From Dendrobates tinctorius (taxonomy: Eukaryota): a stretch of DNA of 64,000 nucleotides. A program made the translations under genes and the position numbers. The notes beneath the pieces were generated by a model that ran no database searches, was not told where the DNA came from, and saw only the letters and a program-made list of their open reading frames with translations. Numbering within the stretch: position 1 is the first letter of the stretch; every line of letters starts with the position of its first letter. Below are positions 1 to 14,912 of this stretch, in pieces. The stretch is from assembly GCF_039654945.1 (NCBI RefSeq), contig NW_027361819.1, positions 2,790,001 to 2,854,000 of the forward strand. Reading direction: 5' to 3'.

Positions 1-820
1 GCCCTATAGAGGGGGCAGTGCTGTATATACTGCTGTAGGAGGCCTCCCTGTATATACACACATATAAGGGCCCTATAGAGGGGGCAGTGCTGTATATACT
101 GCTGTAGGAGGCCTCCCTGTACACACATATATAAGGGCCCTATAGAGGGGGCAGTGCTGTATATACTCCTGTAGGAGGCCTCCCTGTACACACATATATA
201 AGGGCCCTATAGAGGGGGCAGTGCTGTATATACTGCTGTAGGAGGCCTCCCTGTATATACACATATAAGGGCCCTATATAGGGGTCAGTGCTGTATATAC
301 TGCTGTAGGAGGCCTCCCTGTATACACACATATAAGGGCCCTATAGAGGGGGCAGTGCTGTATATACTGCTGTAGGAGGCCTCCCTGTACACACATATAT
401 AAGGGCCCTATAGAGGGGGCAGTGCTGTATATACTCCTGTAGGAGGCCTCCCTGTACACACATATATAAGGGCCCTATAGAGGGGGCAGTGCTGTATATA
501 CCACTGTAGGAGGCCTCCCTGTACACACATATATAAGGGCCCTATAGAGGGGGCAGTGCTGTATATTCTGCTGTAGGAGGCCTCCCTGTATATACACACA
601 TATAAGGGCCCTATAGAGGGGGCAGTGCTGTATATACTGCTGTAGGAGGCCTCCCTGTATATACACACATATAAGGGCCCTATAGAGGGGGCAGTGCTGT
701 ATATACTCCTGTAGGAGGCCTCCCTGTATATACACATATAAGGGCACTATAGAGGGGGCAGTGCTGTATATACTGCTGTAGGAGGCCTCCCTGTATATAC
801 ACACATATAAGGGCCCTATA
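1..820. repeat. Minisatellite, 67-69 bp unit, about 12 copies, runs off the left edge
   Basis: Unit GCCCTATAGAGGGGGCAGTGCTGTATATACTGCTGTAGGAGGCCTCCCTGTATATACACACATATAAGG in tandem. It probably lies in intron 1 of the minus-strand gene that starts near 1.1 kb. Confidence 0.97.
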
Positions 821-1011
821 AACAACTATTGGGGGCCGCCTCCGTACACAGGAAACATATAAAGGGTCCTATGGAGGGCGGGACACAAGTCTACAGGACC
901 CCACACACCGGCGCGGTACACAGGGGTCGCACACCCGTCGCCCCTCACACACAGGCGCGGGCGGTACCGGCCGCTGTAGCGGAGCCCGAGCAGGCAGTGT
1001 GGCGGCCTCAC

Positions 1012-1330
1012 CTGCCGCTGAGTCCGGTGCAGCTCAGGCGGTGACAGCTCTCCCTGCTCCGGTGTCTCCCGCTTCCTCCTCCACACACCGAGAGCGAAGC
1101 CTCGCGACAGGATGACGTCACCTCCGCGTCGCCGGCTCCTCCTCCTCGTGCAGCCCTGCCTGGCAACCGGTCGTGACGCGCGCAAGGCGGGAAATCGTCA
1201 CTATTGAATTCCGAAACTTTATTGACCTTCTCGTGTCATCAACAAACACAGGCCTCAGGCCTGAGTGACAGGAAGGCGCCACATGTCAGAACAGCAAAAC
1301 TCGGGGTGGGGAGAGGGGACTTGTAGTTCT
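1012..1330 (-). promoter_or_regulatory. CpG-island promoter and non-coding first exon of a minus-strand gene (probably ppp4c by synteny)
   Basis: CpG-rich tract with minus-strand donor CAG|GTGAGG (exon ends at 1012), CRE TGACGTCA 1113-1120, E2F-like GGCGGGAAA 1186-1194 and an ACTACAAGTCCC (ZNF143/THAP11-type) motif near 1316-1327. Gene identity is inferred only from PPP4C lying downstream of ALDOA in the same orientation in mammals. Confidence 0.55.
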
Positions 1331-1419
1331 ACACTCTAGTAATCCCCCTCGACGTCAGAAGTAACATTGTTCTGTCCCCCATATTGTAAAATCAGTGCGG
1401 GGAGATACAAAAGAAAGCG

Positions 1420-1519
1420 ACCAATCCCAGTTCAGTTTTACTCCATAGCAACCAATCCCAGTTCAGTTTTACTCCATAGCAACCAATCCCAGTTCAGTTT
1501 TACTCCGTAGCAGCCAATC
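1420..1519. repeat. About 3 copies of a 31-bp CCAAT-containing repeat
   Basis: ACCAATCCCAGTTCAGTTTTACTCCATAGCA repeated; four CCAAT occurrences upstream of the CpG island. Confidence 0.85.
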
Positions 1520-2654
1520 ACAGTGCAGCTTTTCTGCATAGTAACTGAAGGTGAGCGGACCCCTGGATGTTCAGGTTCGGCCGAACAGTTACAAAAACTT
1601 CGGGTTCACGTACCGGAACAGACCCGGACCCCGTACGCTTGAACGGGGGGCCCAAACATCCAGTGTTTGCCATGTTGTCATGTACATGACACCGCAGCTT
1701 CTGATCAGCGGTGATGTGATCCCTGCCCGTCAGAGCCGCGGTTCCCACGCTGTCAGAAGACAGAGCGCTCAGCTGTGACCGGAGGTGTAGAGTTTACCTC
1801 CAGTCACTGGTGTCAGCGGATGGGACTGCCGCTCGCATCATCCGACACCTGCTGCAGCCGCTAACTACAGTGACGGGAGGATTCAGCCAACGACTGCGCT
1901 GTAAATAAATAACAAGCGGCGTGGAGCCCGCCATCTTTCACAATCAGTCTAAAGCAGACAGCTGGGGGCCGGTGTTCTCAGGCTGGTAAGGGGCCATGGA
2001 TATAGACCCCCCCCAGAAAAGGCGCATCTATTAGATGCCCCAATGCTGAAGCTTTGCCCGGCTCTTCCCACTTGTCCTGTAGCGGTGGCAAGTGGGGTAA
2101 TAACATAAGTCCCAACCGTCCTGATTCCCGCGGGACATTCCCGTTTTGGGTCCGTATCCCGCCGTCCGGACCGGGAAGCTTTCTTTCCCGCGATCGACCG
2201 CGAAATACAAGCAGTCTGACTCTGAGCCGCACTTCATGTTCCACCGGAAGTGACATGCTGTAAGCTGAGCGCCGGAAGTGACTGCTGACCTCATCTCCGG
2301 CTTACAGCCTGTCAGGAGGTAATCGCTCGGGTCTCCACGGGAGGACAGAGACCCGGCGGCGCTTCAGCGCTCCCTACAGTACCCGGCTCTCTCTGTCACG
2401 TGCTGCCGCGGCGCTCCATGCGGGGCGAGAGACAGGCAGGATCTGGGGTCAGCATCTGTTAGTGCCGGGTGCTGTATGGAGCGCTCACTGGGGAGGGATT
2501 GTTGTCATATCATAAGTGTATGAGCTGGTGTCCATGATGACAGGTGACTCCCTCCCGCCTCCCGCGCCCCTGCTCCGTCAGGTTTAACCATTGTGTTACT
2601 TTTCCTCACAGCGATGGCCCAGAACTGACAAGAAACTGTCCTGTGCTTCTCAGG

Positions 2655-4487
2655 GTTATACCGTCCACACACCGTGCCTGCCAGCTATATACAACCGTCC
2701 ACACACCGTGCCAGCTATGTACAACCGTCCACACACCGTGCCAGCTTTATACAACCGTCCACACACCGTGCCAGCTATGTACAACCGTCCACACACCGTG
2801 CCAGCTTTATACAACCGTCCACACACCGTGCCAGCTTTATACAATCGTCCACACACCGTGCCAGCTATGTACAACCGTCCACACACCGTGCCAGCTATAT
2901 ACAACCGTCCACACACCGTGCCAGCTTTATACAACCGTCCACACACCGTGCCAGCTATGTACAACCGTCCACACACCGTGCCAGCTTTATACAACCGTCC
3001 ACACACCGTGCCAGCTATGTACAACCGTCCACACACCGTGCCAGCTTTATACAATCGTCCACACACCGTGCCAGCTATATACAACCGTCCACACACCATG
3101 CCAGCTATGTACAACCGTCCACACACCGTGCCAGCTATGTACAACCGTCCACACACCGTGCCAGCTATGTACAACCGTCCACACACCGTGCCAGCTATAT
3201 ACAACCGTCCACACACCGTGCCAGCTATGTACAAGCGTCCACACACCGTGCCAGCTTTATACAACCGTCCACACACCGTGCCAGCTATATACAACCGTCC
3301 ACACCGTGCCAGCTATGTACAACCGTCCATACACCGTGCCAGCTATGTTCAACCATCCACACACCGTGCCAGCTTTATACAAACGTCCACACACCGTGCC
3401 AGCTATATACAACCGTCCACACACCGTGCCAGCTATATACAACCGTCCACACACCGTGCCAGCTATATACAACCGTCCACACACCGTGCCAGCTATATGC
3501 AACCGTCCACACACCGAGCCAGCTATAATAATAATAATAATCTTTATTTTTATATAGCGCTAACATATTCCGCAGCGCTTTACAGTTTTGCACATATTAT
3601 CATCACTGTCCCCGATGGGGCTCACAATCTAAATTCCCTATCAGTATGTCTTTATATATACAACCGTCCACACTCCGTGCCAGCTATATACAACCGTCCA
3701 CAAACCGTGCCAGCTATGTACAACCGTCCACACACCGTGCCAGCTATATACAATCGTCCACACACCATGCCAGCTAAATACAACCGTCCACACACCGTGC
3801 CAGCTATATACAACCGTCCACACACCGTGCCAGCTATATACAACCGTCCACACACCGTGCCAGCTATATGCAACCGTCCACACACCGAGCCAGCTATATA
3901 CAACCGTCCACACACCGTGCCAGCTTTATACAACCGTCCACACACCGTGCCAGCTACATACAACCGTCCACACACCGTGCCAGCTATATACAACCGTCCA
4001 CACACCGTGCCAGCTATATACAACCGTCCACACACCGTGCCAGCTATATACAACCGTCCACACACCGTGCCAGCTATGTACAACCGTCCACACACCGTGC
4101 CAGCTATGTTCAACCATCCACACACAGTGCCAGCTATATACAACCGTCCACACACCGTGCCAGCTATGTACAACCGTCCACACACCGTGCCAGCTATGTA
4201 CAACCGTCCACACACCGTGCCAGCTAAATACAACCATCCACACACCGTGCCAGCTATATACAACCGTCCACACACCGAGCCAGCTATATACAACCGTCCA
4301 CACACCGTGCCAGCTTTATACTACCGTCCACACACCGTGCCAGCTATATACAACCGTCCACACACCGTGCCAGCTATATACAACCGTCCACACACCGTGC
4401 CAGCTATATACAACCGTCCTCACACCGTGCCAGCTATATACAACCGTCCACACACCATGCCAGCTATATACAACTGTCCACACACAT
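2655..4487. repeat. 30-bp minisatellite, about 56 copies
   Basis: Unit TATACAACCGTCCACACACCGTGCCAGCTA, interrupted at 3525-3652. Confidence 0.97.
3525..3652 (-). mobile_element. 5'-truncated SINE/LINE 3' tail (L2/CR1-type) inserted in the minisatellite
   Basis: Minus strand reads ...GATTGTGAGCCCCATCGGGGACAG...GTAAAGCGCTGCGGAATATGTTAGCGCTATATAAAAATAAAGATTATTATTATTAT: an AGCGCT stem-loop, AATAAA and an (ATT)n tail, typical of amphibian SINE/L2 3' ends. Confidence 0.75.
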
Positions 4488-4989
4488 AATTTTTTTTTCT
4501 TTTCTGTTTATAATTATTGTTTATGAAACAGTGTGATCAGCAGTGCTAAATGGGTGTGGTTGGGGTGTGGATATGGGTGTGACTACTAAAATGGGCGTGG
4601 TTAGGGGGTGTGGCCTAAAATTTGCCGCTACGCGCGCCGCAGTCTCTGTCCCTCTTTCCCTTCTTCAAAAGTTGGGAGGTATGTAATAAGGGGTTAATGT
4701 CACTTTTGTATTGTCCGGTGATATCAAGCCCAAGGCTTAGTAATGGAGAAGCGTCTGTAAGACACCCATCCATTACTGATCCTATAGTGATATGGTAAAT
4801 AAAGACACAGAATAAAGTATTTATGAGAAATATATCAAAACACGCTTTTCCATTTTTATTTCAAAATAACAATCACCGATATACTCACCGAACGCTGAAT
4901 TCCACCGAAGCACGAACAAGAAACAATCTGAGGGGCTGACAAGGGGGAAATACTGACATCGACAGTGTCAGAGCAGCTCCAAAATGTCA

Positions 4990-7900
4990 GCTCTTGTGGG
5001 GGGTCTCCGGTATACAGAGGTGGGGTGTTACTGCTATATGGAAGGTCTTGTGGGGTGTTCCCGGTATATGGAGGGTCTTGTAGGGTGTTCTTGGTATACA
5101 GAGGTGGGGTGTTACTGCTATATGGAAGGTCTTCTGGGGTGTTTCCAGTATACGGAGGGTCTTGTGGGGTGTTCCCGGTATATGGAGGGTCTTCTTGGGT
5201 GTTCCCAGTATACGGAGGGCCTTGTGGGGTATTCCCAGTATATGGAGGGTCTTGTGGGGTGTTCCCGGTATATAGAGGGTCTTGTGGGGTGTTCCCGGTA
5301 TATAGAGAGTCTTGTGGGGTATTCCCAGTATATGGAGGGTCTTGTGGGGTGTTCCCGGTATATAGAGGGTCTTGTGGGGTATTCCCGGTATATGGAGGGT
5401 CTTCTTGGGTGTTCCCAGTATACGGAGGGTCTTGTGAGGTGTTCCCGGTATATGGAGGGTCTTGTGGGGTGTTCCCGGTATATGGAGGGTCTTGTGGGGT
5501 GTTCCCGGTATATGGAGGGTCTTGTGGGGTGTTCCCGCTATATAGAGGGTCTTGTGGGGTATTCCCAGTATATGGAGGGTCTTGTGGGGTGTTCCCGGTA
5601 TATAGAGGGTCTTGTGGGGTATTCCCAGTATATGGAGGGTCTTGTGGGGTGTTCCCGGTATATAGAGGGTCTTGTGGGGTATTCCCAGTATATGGAGGGT
5701 CTTGTGGGGTGTTCCCAGTATATGGAGGGTCTTGTGGGGTGTTTCCGGTATATAGAGGGTCTTGTGGGGTGTTCCCGGTATATAGAGGGTCTTGTGGGGT
5801 ATTCCCAGTATATGGAGGGTCTTGTGGGGTGTTCCCGGTATATAGAGGGTCTTGTGGGGTATTCCCAGTATATGGAGGGTCTTGTGGGGTGTTCCCGGTA
5901 TATGGAGGGTCTTGTGGGGTGTTCCCGCTATATGGAGGGTCTTGTGGGGTATTCCCAGTATATGGAGGGTCTTGTGGGGTGTTCCCGGTATATAGAGGGT
6001 CTTGTGGGGTATTCCCAGTATATGGAGGGTCTTGTGGGGTGTTCCTAGTATATGGAAGGTCTTGTGGGGTGTTCCCGCTATATGGAGGGTCTTGTGGGGT
6101 ATTCCCAGTATATGGAGGGTCTTGTGGGGTGTTCCCGGCATATGGAGGGTCTTGTGGGGTGTTCCCGGTATACGGAGGGTATTGTGGGGTGTTCCTGGTA
6201 TATGGAGGGTCTTGTGTGGTGTTCCCGGTATACGGAGGGTCTTGTGGGGTATTCCCGGTATACGGAGGGTCTTGTGGGGTATTCCCGGTATATGGAGGGT
6301 CTTGTGGGGTGTTCCCGGTATACGGAGGGTCTTGTGGGGTGTCCCCGGTATATGGAGGGTCTTGTGGGGTGTTCCCGGTATACGGAGGGTCTTGTGGGGT
6401 GTTCCTGGTATATGGAGGGTCTTGTGGGGTGTTCCTGGTATAAGGAAGGTCTTGTGGGATGTTCCCGGTTTATGGAGCGTCTTGTGCGGTGTTCCCGGTA
6501 TACGGAGGGTCTTGTGCAGTGTTCCCGGTATATGGAGGGTCTTGTGGGGTGTTCCTGGTATATGGAGGGTCTTGTGGGGTGTTCCCGGTATACGGAGGGT
6601 CTTGTGCAGTGTTCCCGGTATATGGAGGGTCTTGTGGGGTATTCCCGGTATACAGAGGGTCTTGTGGGATGTTCCCGGTATATGGAGGGTCTTGTGGGGT
6701 ATTCCTGGTATACAGAGGGTCTTGTGGGATGTTCCCGGTATATGGAGGGTCTTGTGGGGTGTTTCTGGTTTTCGGAGGTTCTTGTGGGGTGTTCCCAGTA
6801 TATGGAGGGTCTTGTGTGGTGTTCCCGGTATATGGAGGGTCTTGTGGGATGTCCCCGGTATATGGAGGGTCTTGTGGGGTGTTCCTGGTATACGGAGGGT
6901 ATTGTGGGGTGTTCCTGGTATATGGAGGGTTTTGTGGGGTGTTCCCGGTATACGGAGGGTCTTGTGGGGTGTTCCTGGTATAAGGAGGGTCTTGTGGGAT
7001 GTTCCCCAGTTTATGGAGGGTCTTGTGCGGTGTTCCTGGTATATGGAGGGTCTTGTGGGGTGTTCCTGGTATACGGAGGGTCTTGTGCAGTGTTCCCGGT
7101 ATACGGAGGGTATTGTGGGGTATTCCCGGTATACGGAGGGTCTTGTGGGGTTTCCTCGGTATACGGTCTTGTGGGGTGTCCCCAGTATACGGAGGGTCTT
7201 GTGGGGTGTCCCTGGTATAAGGAGGGTCTTGTGCGGTGTTCCTGGTATATGGAGGGTTTTGTGGGATGTTCCCGGTATATGGAGGGTCTTGTGGGGTTTC
7301 CTCGGTATACGGAGGGTCTTGTGAGGTGTCCCCAGTATACGGAGGGTCTTGTGGGGTGTCCCTGGTATAAGGAGGGTGTTGTGCGGTGTTCCCGTTATAT
7401 GGCGGGTCTTGTAGGGTGTCCCCGGTATACGGAAGGTCTTGTGGGTGTTCCCAGTATATGGAGCGTCTTGTGGGGTGTCCTCAGTATTCGGAGGGTCTTG
7501 TCGGGTGTCTCCGGTATATGGAGGGTCTTGTGGGGTGTTCCCGGTATACGGAGGGTCTTGTGGGGTGTCCTCAGTATACGGAGGGTCTTGTGGGGTGTCC
7601 CCGGTATACGGAGGGTCTTGTGGGGTGTCCTCAGTAAACGGAGGGTCTTGTGGGGTGTCCCCGGTATATGTAGTCTTGTGGGGTGTCCTCGGTATACGGA
7701 GGGTCTTGTGGGGTGTCCCCGGTATACGGCAGGTCTTGTGGGGTGTCCCCGGTATATGGAGGGCCTTGTGGGGCGTCCCCAGTATAAGGATGGTCTTGTG
7801 GGGTGTCCTCAGTATACGGGGGTCTTGTAGGGTGTTCCTGGTATACTCAGGGTCTTGTGGGTTGTCCCCGGTATACGGAGGGTCTTGTGGTGTGTCCCCG

Positions 7901-8020
7901 GTATATGGAGTGTCTTGTCGGGTGTCCTCAGTATACGGAGGGTCTTGTGGGGGTGTCCTCAGTATACGGAGGGTCTTGTGGGGGGTGTCCTCAGTATACA
8001 GAGGGTCTTGTGGGGTGTTC
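4990..8020. repeat. 30-bp G-rich minisatellite, about 100 copies
   Basis: Unit TATGGAGGGTCTTGTGGGGTGTTCCCGGTA; homogeneous at 5.2-6.4 kb and increasingly divergent to the right. Confidence 0.97.
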
Positions 8021-8154
8021 TCATTATAAAGTGTTTATTACCCACGAAAAGTTTCCAAGAACAGAGAAATGATGAAGCAGCGATCTGGTCATGGGCTGAT
8101 CGATGTGTGAGGAGTAAAGGTGTATCTTAGAGAAGTGTCTGTTCCCCAAATTAC

Positions 8155-8780
8155 TGACAAATGTGTCAGGACCCGCAGAGCATCGCAGCTATAATAGAAA
8201 TGTGTCAGGACACGCAGAGCATCACAGCTGTGATAGAAAGGTGTCAGGACCGGCAGAGCATCGCAGCTGTGATAGAAATGTGTCAGGACACGCAGAGCAT
8301 CACAGCTATGATAGAAAGGTGTCAGGACCGGCAGAGCATCACAGCTATGATAGAATGGAGTCAGGATACGCAGAGCATCGCAGCTGATAGAAATGTGTCA
8401 GGACCCGCAGAGCATCGCAGCTGTGATAGAAAGGTGTCAGGACCCGCAGAGCATCGCAGCTGTGATAGAAAGGTGTCAGGACCCGCAGAGCATCGCAGCT
8501 GTGAGAAATGTGTCAGGACCCGCAGAGCATCGCAGCTGTGATAGAAAGGTGTCAGGACCCGCAGAGCATCGCAGCTGTGATAGAAAGGTGTCAGGACCCG
8601 CAGAGCATCGCAGCTGTGATAGAAAGGTGTCAGGACCCGCAGAGCATCGCAGCTGTGAGAAATGTGTCAGGACCCGCAGAGCATCGCAGCTGTGATAGAA
8701 AGGTGTCAGGACCCGCAGAGCATCGCAGCTATGACTGAAATGTGTCAGAACCCGCAGAGCATCGCAGCTGTGATGGAAAG
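8155..8780. repeat. 39-bp minisatellite, about 16 copies
   Basis: Unit AGGTGTCAGGACCCGCAGAGCATCGCAGCTGTGATAGAA. Confidence 0.95.
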
Positions 8781-9429
8781 GTTCTTATAACGGGCACACA
8801 AGCATTAGCACTGGACCGTGAGGACATCGGGCCGGTTTTCTGCATCACCTGTGACCATGGTATTAGGCAGCTGGTTTTATTGTTATGGCTGATGGGTTTA
8901 TGACCGCCGGGCGTGCGGCAGATAAATCTTTATTTGCATTTCAGGAGGAGCAGACGATGATTCGGGATTTGTGTTTATGATGAAAGACGAGGAAGCTGGG
9001 AGTATAATTAGACGGAGGATCGCGGTCGGTGCCGGCCTGGAGTTATGGAAGTGATGACATCACCAGCGCCGTCGTCTCATCTGTGACCTCATAACGTTCA
9101 AGCAGCCGCCTCACTGCAGAACAAGGGTGGGAGCCCCCCGATTTGTCAGCCAGCTTGGCTCCGGGCGGTAGGAGCAGTATCTGATGTGCAGCAGCCATTT
9201 TTTGGGCGCTGTCATATTTTCACAGTCACTCGGACTTTGTAGGAGCGCACGGCCCCCACTGCGGTCAGTGTAATCTCTCATCTATGGAAGAGAGGGCACA
9301 AAAGGGAGAAACCGCAGGTTCATTACTACAAGGGACACCACAGAATGGAGGACCGGACCTGGATTCCCCCTTTAAAGTTTAATGGCTCCAGGTAGCCAGA
9401 GCCATGGGACATGACATTTCACCGATTAC

Positions 9430-9443
9430 CCACCAGGTGGCGC
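9430..9443 (+). promoter_or_regulatory. Strong CTCF-like motif just 3' of aldoa
   Basis: CCACCAGGTGGCGC matches the CTCF core consensus CCASYAGRKGGCRS. Confidence 0.6.
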
Positions 9444-9628
9444 TGCGTTACATACCAAATTGTGACTCCATAGTTTTGGGACTAGTCTGTGTGAGAGCTC
9501 CTCCTCATCGGCTCAGCACGCGGGCCCGCTTCCTACAACACCTGCCATAGGCCGGGAGCTGCCCCTCCAACCCAAATTAGATCTGGGACCCCATAAAAAT
9601 AAGTGAGACGTGAGGTTCATCTACCTGC

Positions 9629-9634
9629 TTTATT
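9629..9634 (-). terminator. aldoa polyadenylation signal
   Basis: AATAAA on the minus strand (tttatt on plus), about 290 nt after the stop codon. Confidence 0.7.
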
Positions 9635-9925
9635 GAGGTTTCACCAGCAGTGACACAAGTTTGACGTGACTCAGAGCCGAGGACAGAGACATGAGCGCAC
9701 TCGCTCTCTGCACTCACCATTCACACCCTATGCACTGCCACCCATCCGCCAGCAGAGCGGCAACACTCCGCCGGCCTCTATCGTTTTCTCCAGCAATGGG
9801 AAGGTTAACCGTGTAATACTCTGCAGATGGGAACAGCAGTTAATGGCTAGAGGTGGGGGGTTCACACTACAATACACAGAAACAGCATCCAGTGACACCA
9901 ACACGAAGAATGGAGGAGACGACGT

Positions 9926-12206
<2,281 letters not shown>

Positions 12207-12502
12207 GGTGATGCGTTCTGCAGAGACAGAGCGGAGGATGGGGGTTGTTGTCAGGGGATAGTCTTAAAGGGACAGTGCTCCCAATTCTTTAGCACCCGAT
12301 TTCAGGCTGCACCAGTACAGATCACACGAGGAATGTTAACCCCAGCATCGCCAGGACATCGCACCTCAAGCACCAGGTTACTAGTCACACTAAAGAGTCA
12401 CTGGAGTGGTAATATACTGCACCCCTCCCACATAAATGGAGGCCACAAGATACGCAAGACAAGAAGTGCCGCAGCAGCAGACGCCCTGACAGTGAAGGAT
12501 AC

Positions 12503-12599
12503 TTAGAGGACAAGCGGGGGAACAGCAGCACACGGGGGGTTAATGATGCCACCAGACAGGAAATGATAAAGCAAAAAAAGGTTGCAGAATCCCTGAGGT
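12503..12599 (-). other. Candidate non-coding 5'UTR cassette exon of aldoa
   Basis: Acceptor TTTCCCTTACAG| and a weak donor TAA|GTATCC bound a 97-nt segment. No transcript evidence. Confidence 0.3.
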
Positions 12600-13699
12600 C
12601 TGTAAGGGAAACTGAGCGTCCAGCACTGTGCACACCGGCCTTCACCCCGCCGGGCCGCCCAGCATCCCTCACCTCTGGAGCACCTGCCCTGCAGCAGATG
12701 CGGACACAGGGCCCCATAGTGTTCACCCACCACGTGCCAGAAGCCCAGGCATGGACGCTGCGCCAACGCTGCCGAAGTCACATCACAGTACGGTGTACGT
12801 CCCACCAAACAGCCCCCCAGGACCCCCCTGCTCTACACGCCTGTCACCGTCACAGCAACACCCAAAACACATCCCCTGGATCCTTCTCGTCATCACCCTA
12901 GTCCCTTTCCAATGGCCCCTGACTCCTAGGATCCCCCCAAACTAGCCCCCTCATCATCAGCCCCCCAACCCCCAGAACCCCACCTCGCCATCCGCCTCCC
13001 AACCCCCTACAGTGTAAGGCCGACATCATCGGCCTCCAGAACACGACCATTGGCTCCCCAAGACCACCACCCCTCACCGTCAGCCCGACTATTACCCCCC
13101 CTCATCATCAGGCCCCAGGATCCAACCTCACCCTCCGCCCCACAGAACCCCAACCTTGCCATTGGGCTCCAAGACCCAACCGTTGACCCCCTCCAGTCCA
13201 CCACCTCGCCATCAGCCCCTGGGACTCGGCCTTGCCTGCCTCCTTCCCCCCTCATCACTGGACCCCGGAACCCGACCTTGCCATCAGCCCCCTGGGGATC
13301 AACCATTGAACCCCACCCCACGAGCCTACCTCGCCATCGGCCCCCTCAACTCTCCCCCCTCATTATTGGAACCCACAATCCCACCTTGCCATTGGCCCCC
13401 CAACACCCCCCCCCCCCCCACCATTAGCCTCCAGGAATCAACCACTGGCCCGCAAATAGCCAGGACTCCACCATGCCATCGCTACCCCACCTTGATATCA
13501 GCCCACCAACCAAGCCCCCCTCACCATCGGCCTCTGGGATCTGAACATTAGCCCCCAAACTCCCTGGGTTCCCATTGGCTTTTGACCCTCATACGACCTT
13601 CCTGATCATCACCCCAACCTTACATCCCTTGGGCCTGTCTTGCCATCGCCCCTTCACCCCACAGCACTATGCGTTTCCTCGCCCTCCATCAGGGGCCTC

Positions 13700-14543
13700 C
13701 CCTCTCTGCAGCTCTACTCTCCCCAGCTCTCTCCTCTGCTCTCAACCCTCTCCGCAGCTCTATCCTCTGCTCTCTCCCCTCTCCGCAGCTCTCACCTCTC
13801 TGCTCTCTACCCTCTCCGCAGCTCTCACCTCTCTGCTCTCTCCCCTCTCAGCAGCTCTCACCTCTCTGCTCTCTCCCCTCTCAGCAGCTCTCACCTCTCT
13901 GCTCTCTCCCCTCTCCGCAGCTCTCACCTCTCTGCTCTCTCCCCTCTCCGCAGCTCTCACCTCTCTGCTCTCTCCCCTCTCCGCAGCTCTCACCTCTCTG
14001 CTCTCTCCCCTCTCCGCAGCTCTCACCTCTCCGCAGCTCTCCCCTCTCCGCAGCTCTCACCTCTCCGCAGCTCTCACCTCTCCGCAGCTCTCACCTCTCT
14101 GCAGCTCTCACCTCTCTGCTCTCTCCCCTCTCCGCAGCTCTCACCTCTCTGCTCTCTCCCCTCTCCGCAGCTCTCACCTCTCCGCAGCTCTCACCTCTCT
14201 GCTCTCTCCCCTCTCCGCAGCTCTCACCTCTCTGCTCTCTCCCCAGCTCTCACCTCTCTGCTCTCTCCCCTCTTCGCAGCTCTCACCTCTCCGCAGCTCT
14301 CACCTCTCTGCTCTCTCCCCTCTCCGCAGCTCTCACCTCTCTGCTCTCTCCCCTCTCCGCAGCTCTCCCCTCTCTGCTCTCTCCCCTCTCCGCAGCTCTC
14401 TCCCCTCTCCCCTCTCTGCTCTCTCCCCTCTCCGCAGCTCTCACCTCTCTGCTCTCTCCCCTCTCCGCAGCTCTCACCTCTCTGCTCTCTCCCCTCTCCG
14501 CAGCTCTCCCCTCTCTGCTCTCTCCCCTCTCCGCAGCTCTCAC
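13700..14543. repeat. CT-rich minisatellite (about 33 bp, with 16-17 bp subunits)
   Basis: Unit CTCTCCGCAGCTCTCACCTCTCTGCTCTCTCCC. On the minus strand each unit carries GAG|GTGAGA, a copy of the adjacent exon/intron junction. Confidence 0.93.
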
Positions 14544-14850
14544 CTCTCTGCTCTCCTCCTGCGCACTGACACTCGGGGTTCTATGGTAGAACGTCAAGTA
14601 ACAGGCTGAGGGCGGGGCTTCCACTTAAAGGCGCAGACACCGAGGCCTTCTCTGCAGAGGCGGAAGGTCAGGCAGGATGTGTGAAGCAGGCGCCGTCATC
14701 CTGCGGCTGGGGTGGGGCCGGCGCACATTCACCAGGGCTGGCTGTGACCTGTAGTCCCACCTAGAGCAGCAGACGAGGGCGGAGCATGGAGGGATGGAGA
14801 CGTGACACAGATACAGCCAGTGGTGACGTCACCAGCCGTACGTGACAGCA
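14544..14850 (-). promoter_or_regulatory. aldoa: Proximal (housekeeping-type) aldoa promoter and short non-coding first exon
   Basis: Donor GAG|GTGAGA at 14544/14543, GC box 14610-14617, TATA-like TTTAAG near 14624-14629, HRE-type GACGTGAC 14799-14806 and TACGTGAC 14839-14846, CRE TGACGTCA 14824-14831. Confidence 0.6.
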
Positions 14851-14912
14851 GGGAGGAAACTCCAGTCATCTCCCCCCTCCCCCAACCTTCCGGTACCCGG
14901 AGACATCCCCCC

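Larger units (their letters stand above)
2104..4683. mobile_element. Non-autonomous TIR DNA transposon (hAT-like) carrying a minisatellite
   Basis: Left end CATAAGTCCCAAC (2104-2116); right end GTTGGGAGGTATG (4671-4683), reverse complement CATACCTCCCAAC, 11/13 match. Flanked by direct repeat TAATAA (2098-2103 and 4684-4689). Confidence 0.8.
1545..4920. mobile_element. Degenerate non-autonomous DNA element, host of the 2104-4683 insertion
   Basis: Starts GGTGAGCGGACCCCTGGATGTTCAGGTTCGGCCGAAC, resembling anuran hAT-type MITE ends (from memory). The flanks of the 2104-4683 insert rejoin as GGGGTAATAAGGGGTTAATG. Right boundary uncertain. Confidence 0.4.

Noticed and set aside
1-820. CTCF array in the first minisatellite (AGGGGGCAG)
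   Set aside because: Only the 3' half of the motif matches; the CCASY part is absent.
2544-8130. Long ORFs (up to 632 aa) over the 30-bp arrays
   Set aside because: Translations of stop-free tandem units, open in several frames and on both strands, with no splice or domain evidence.
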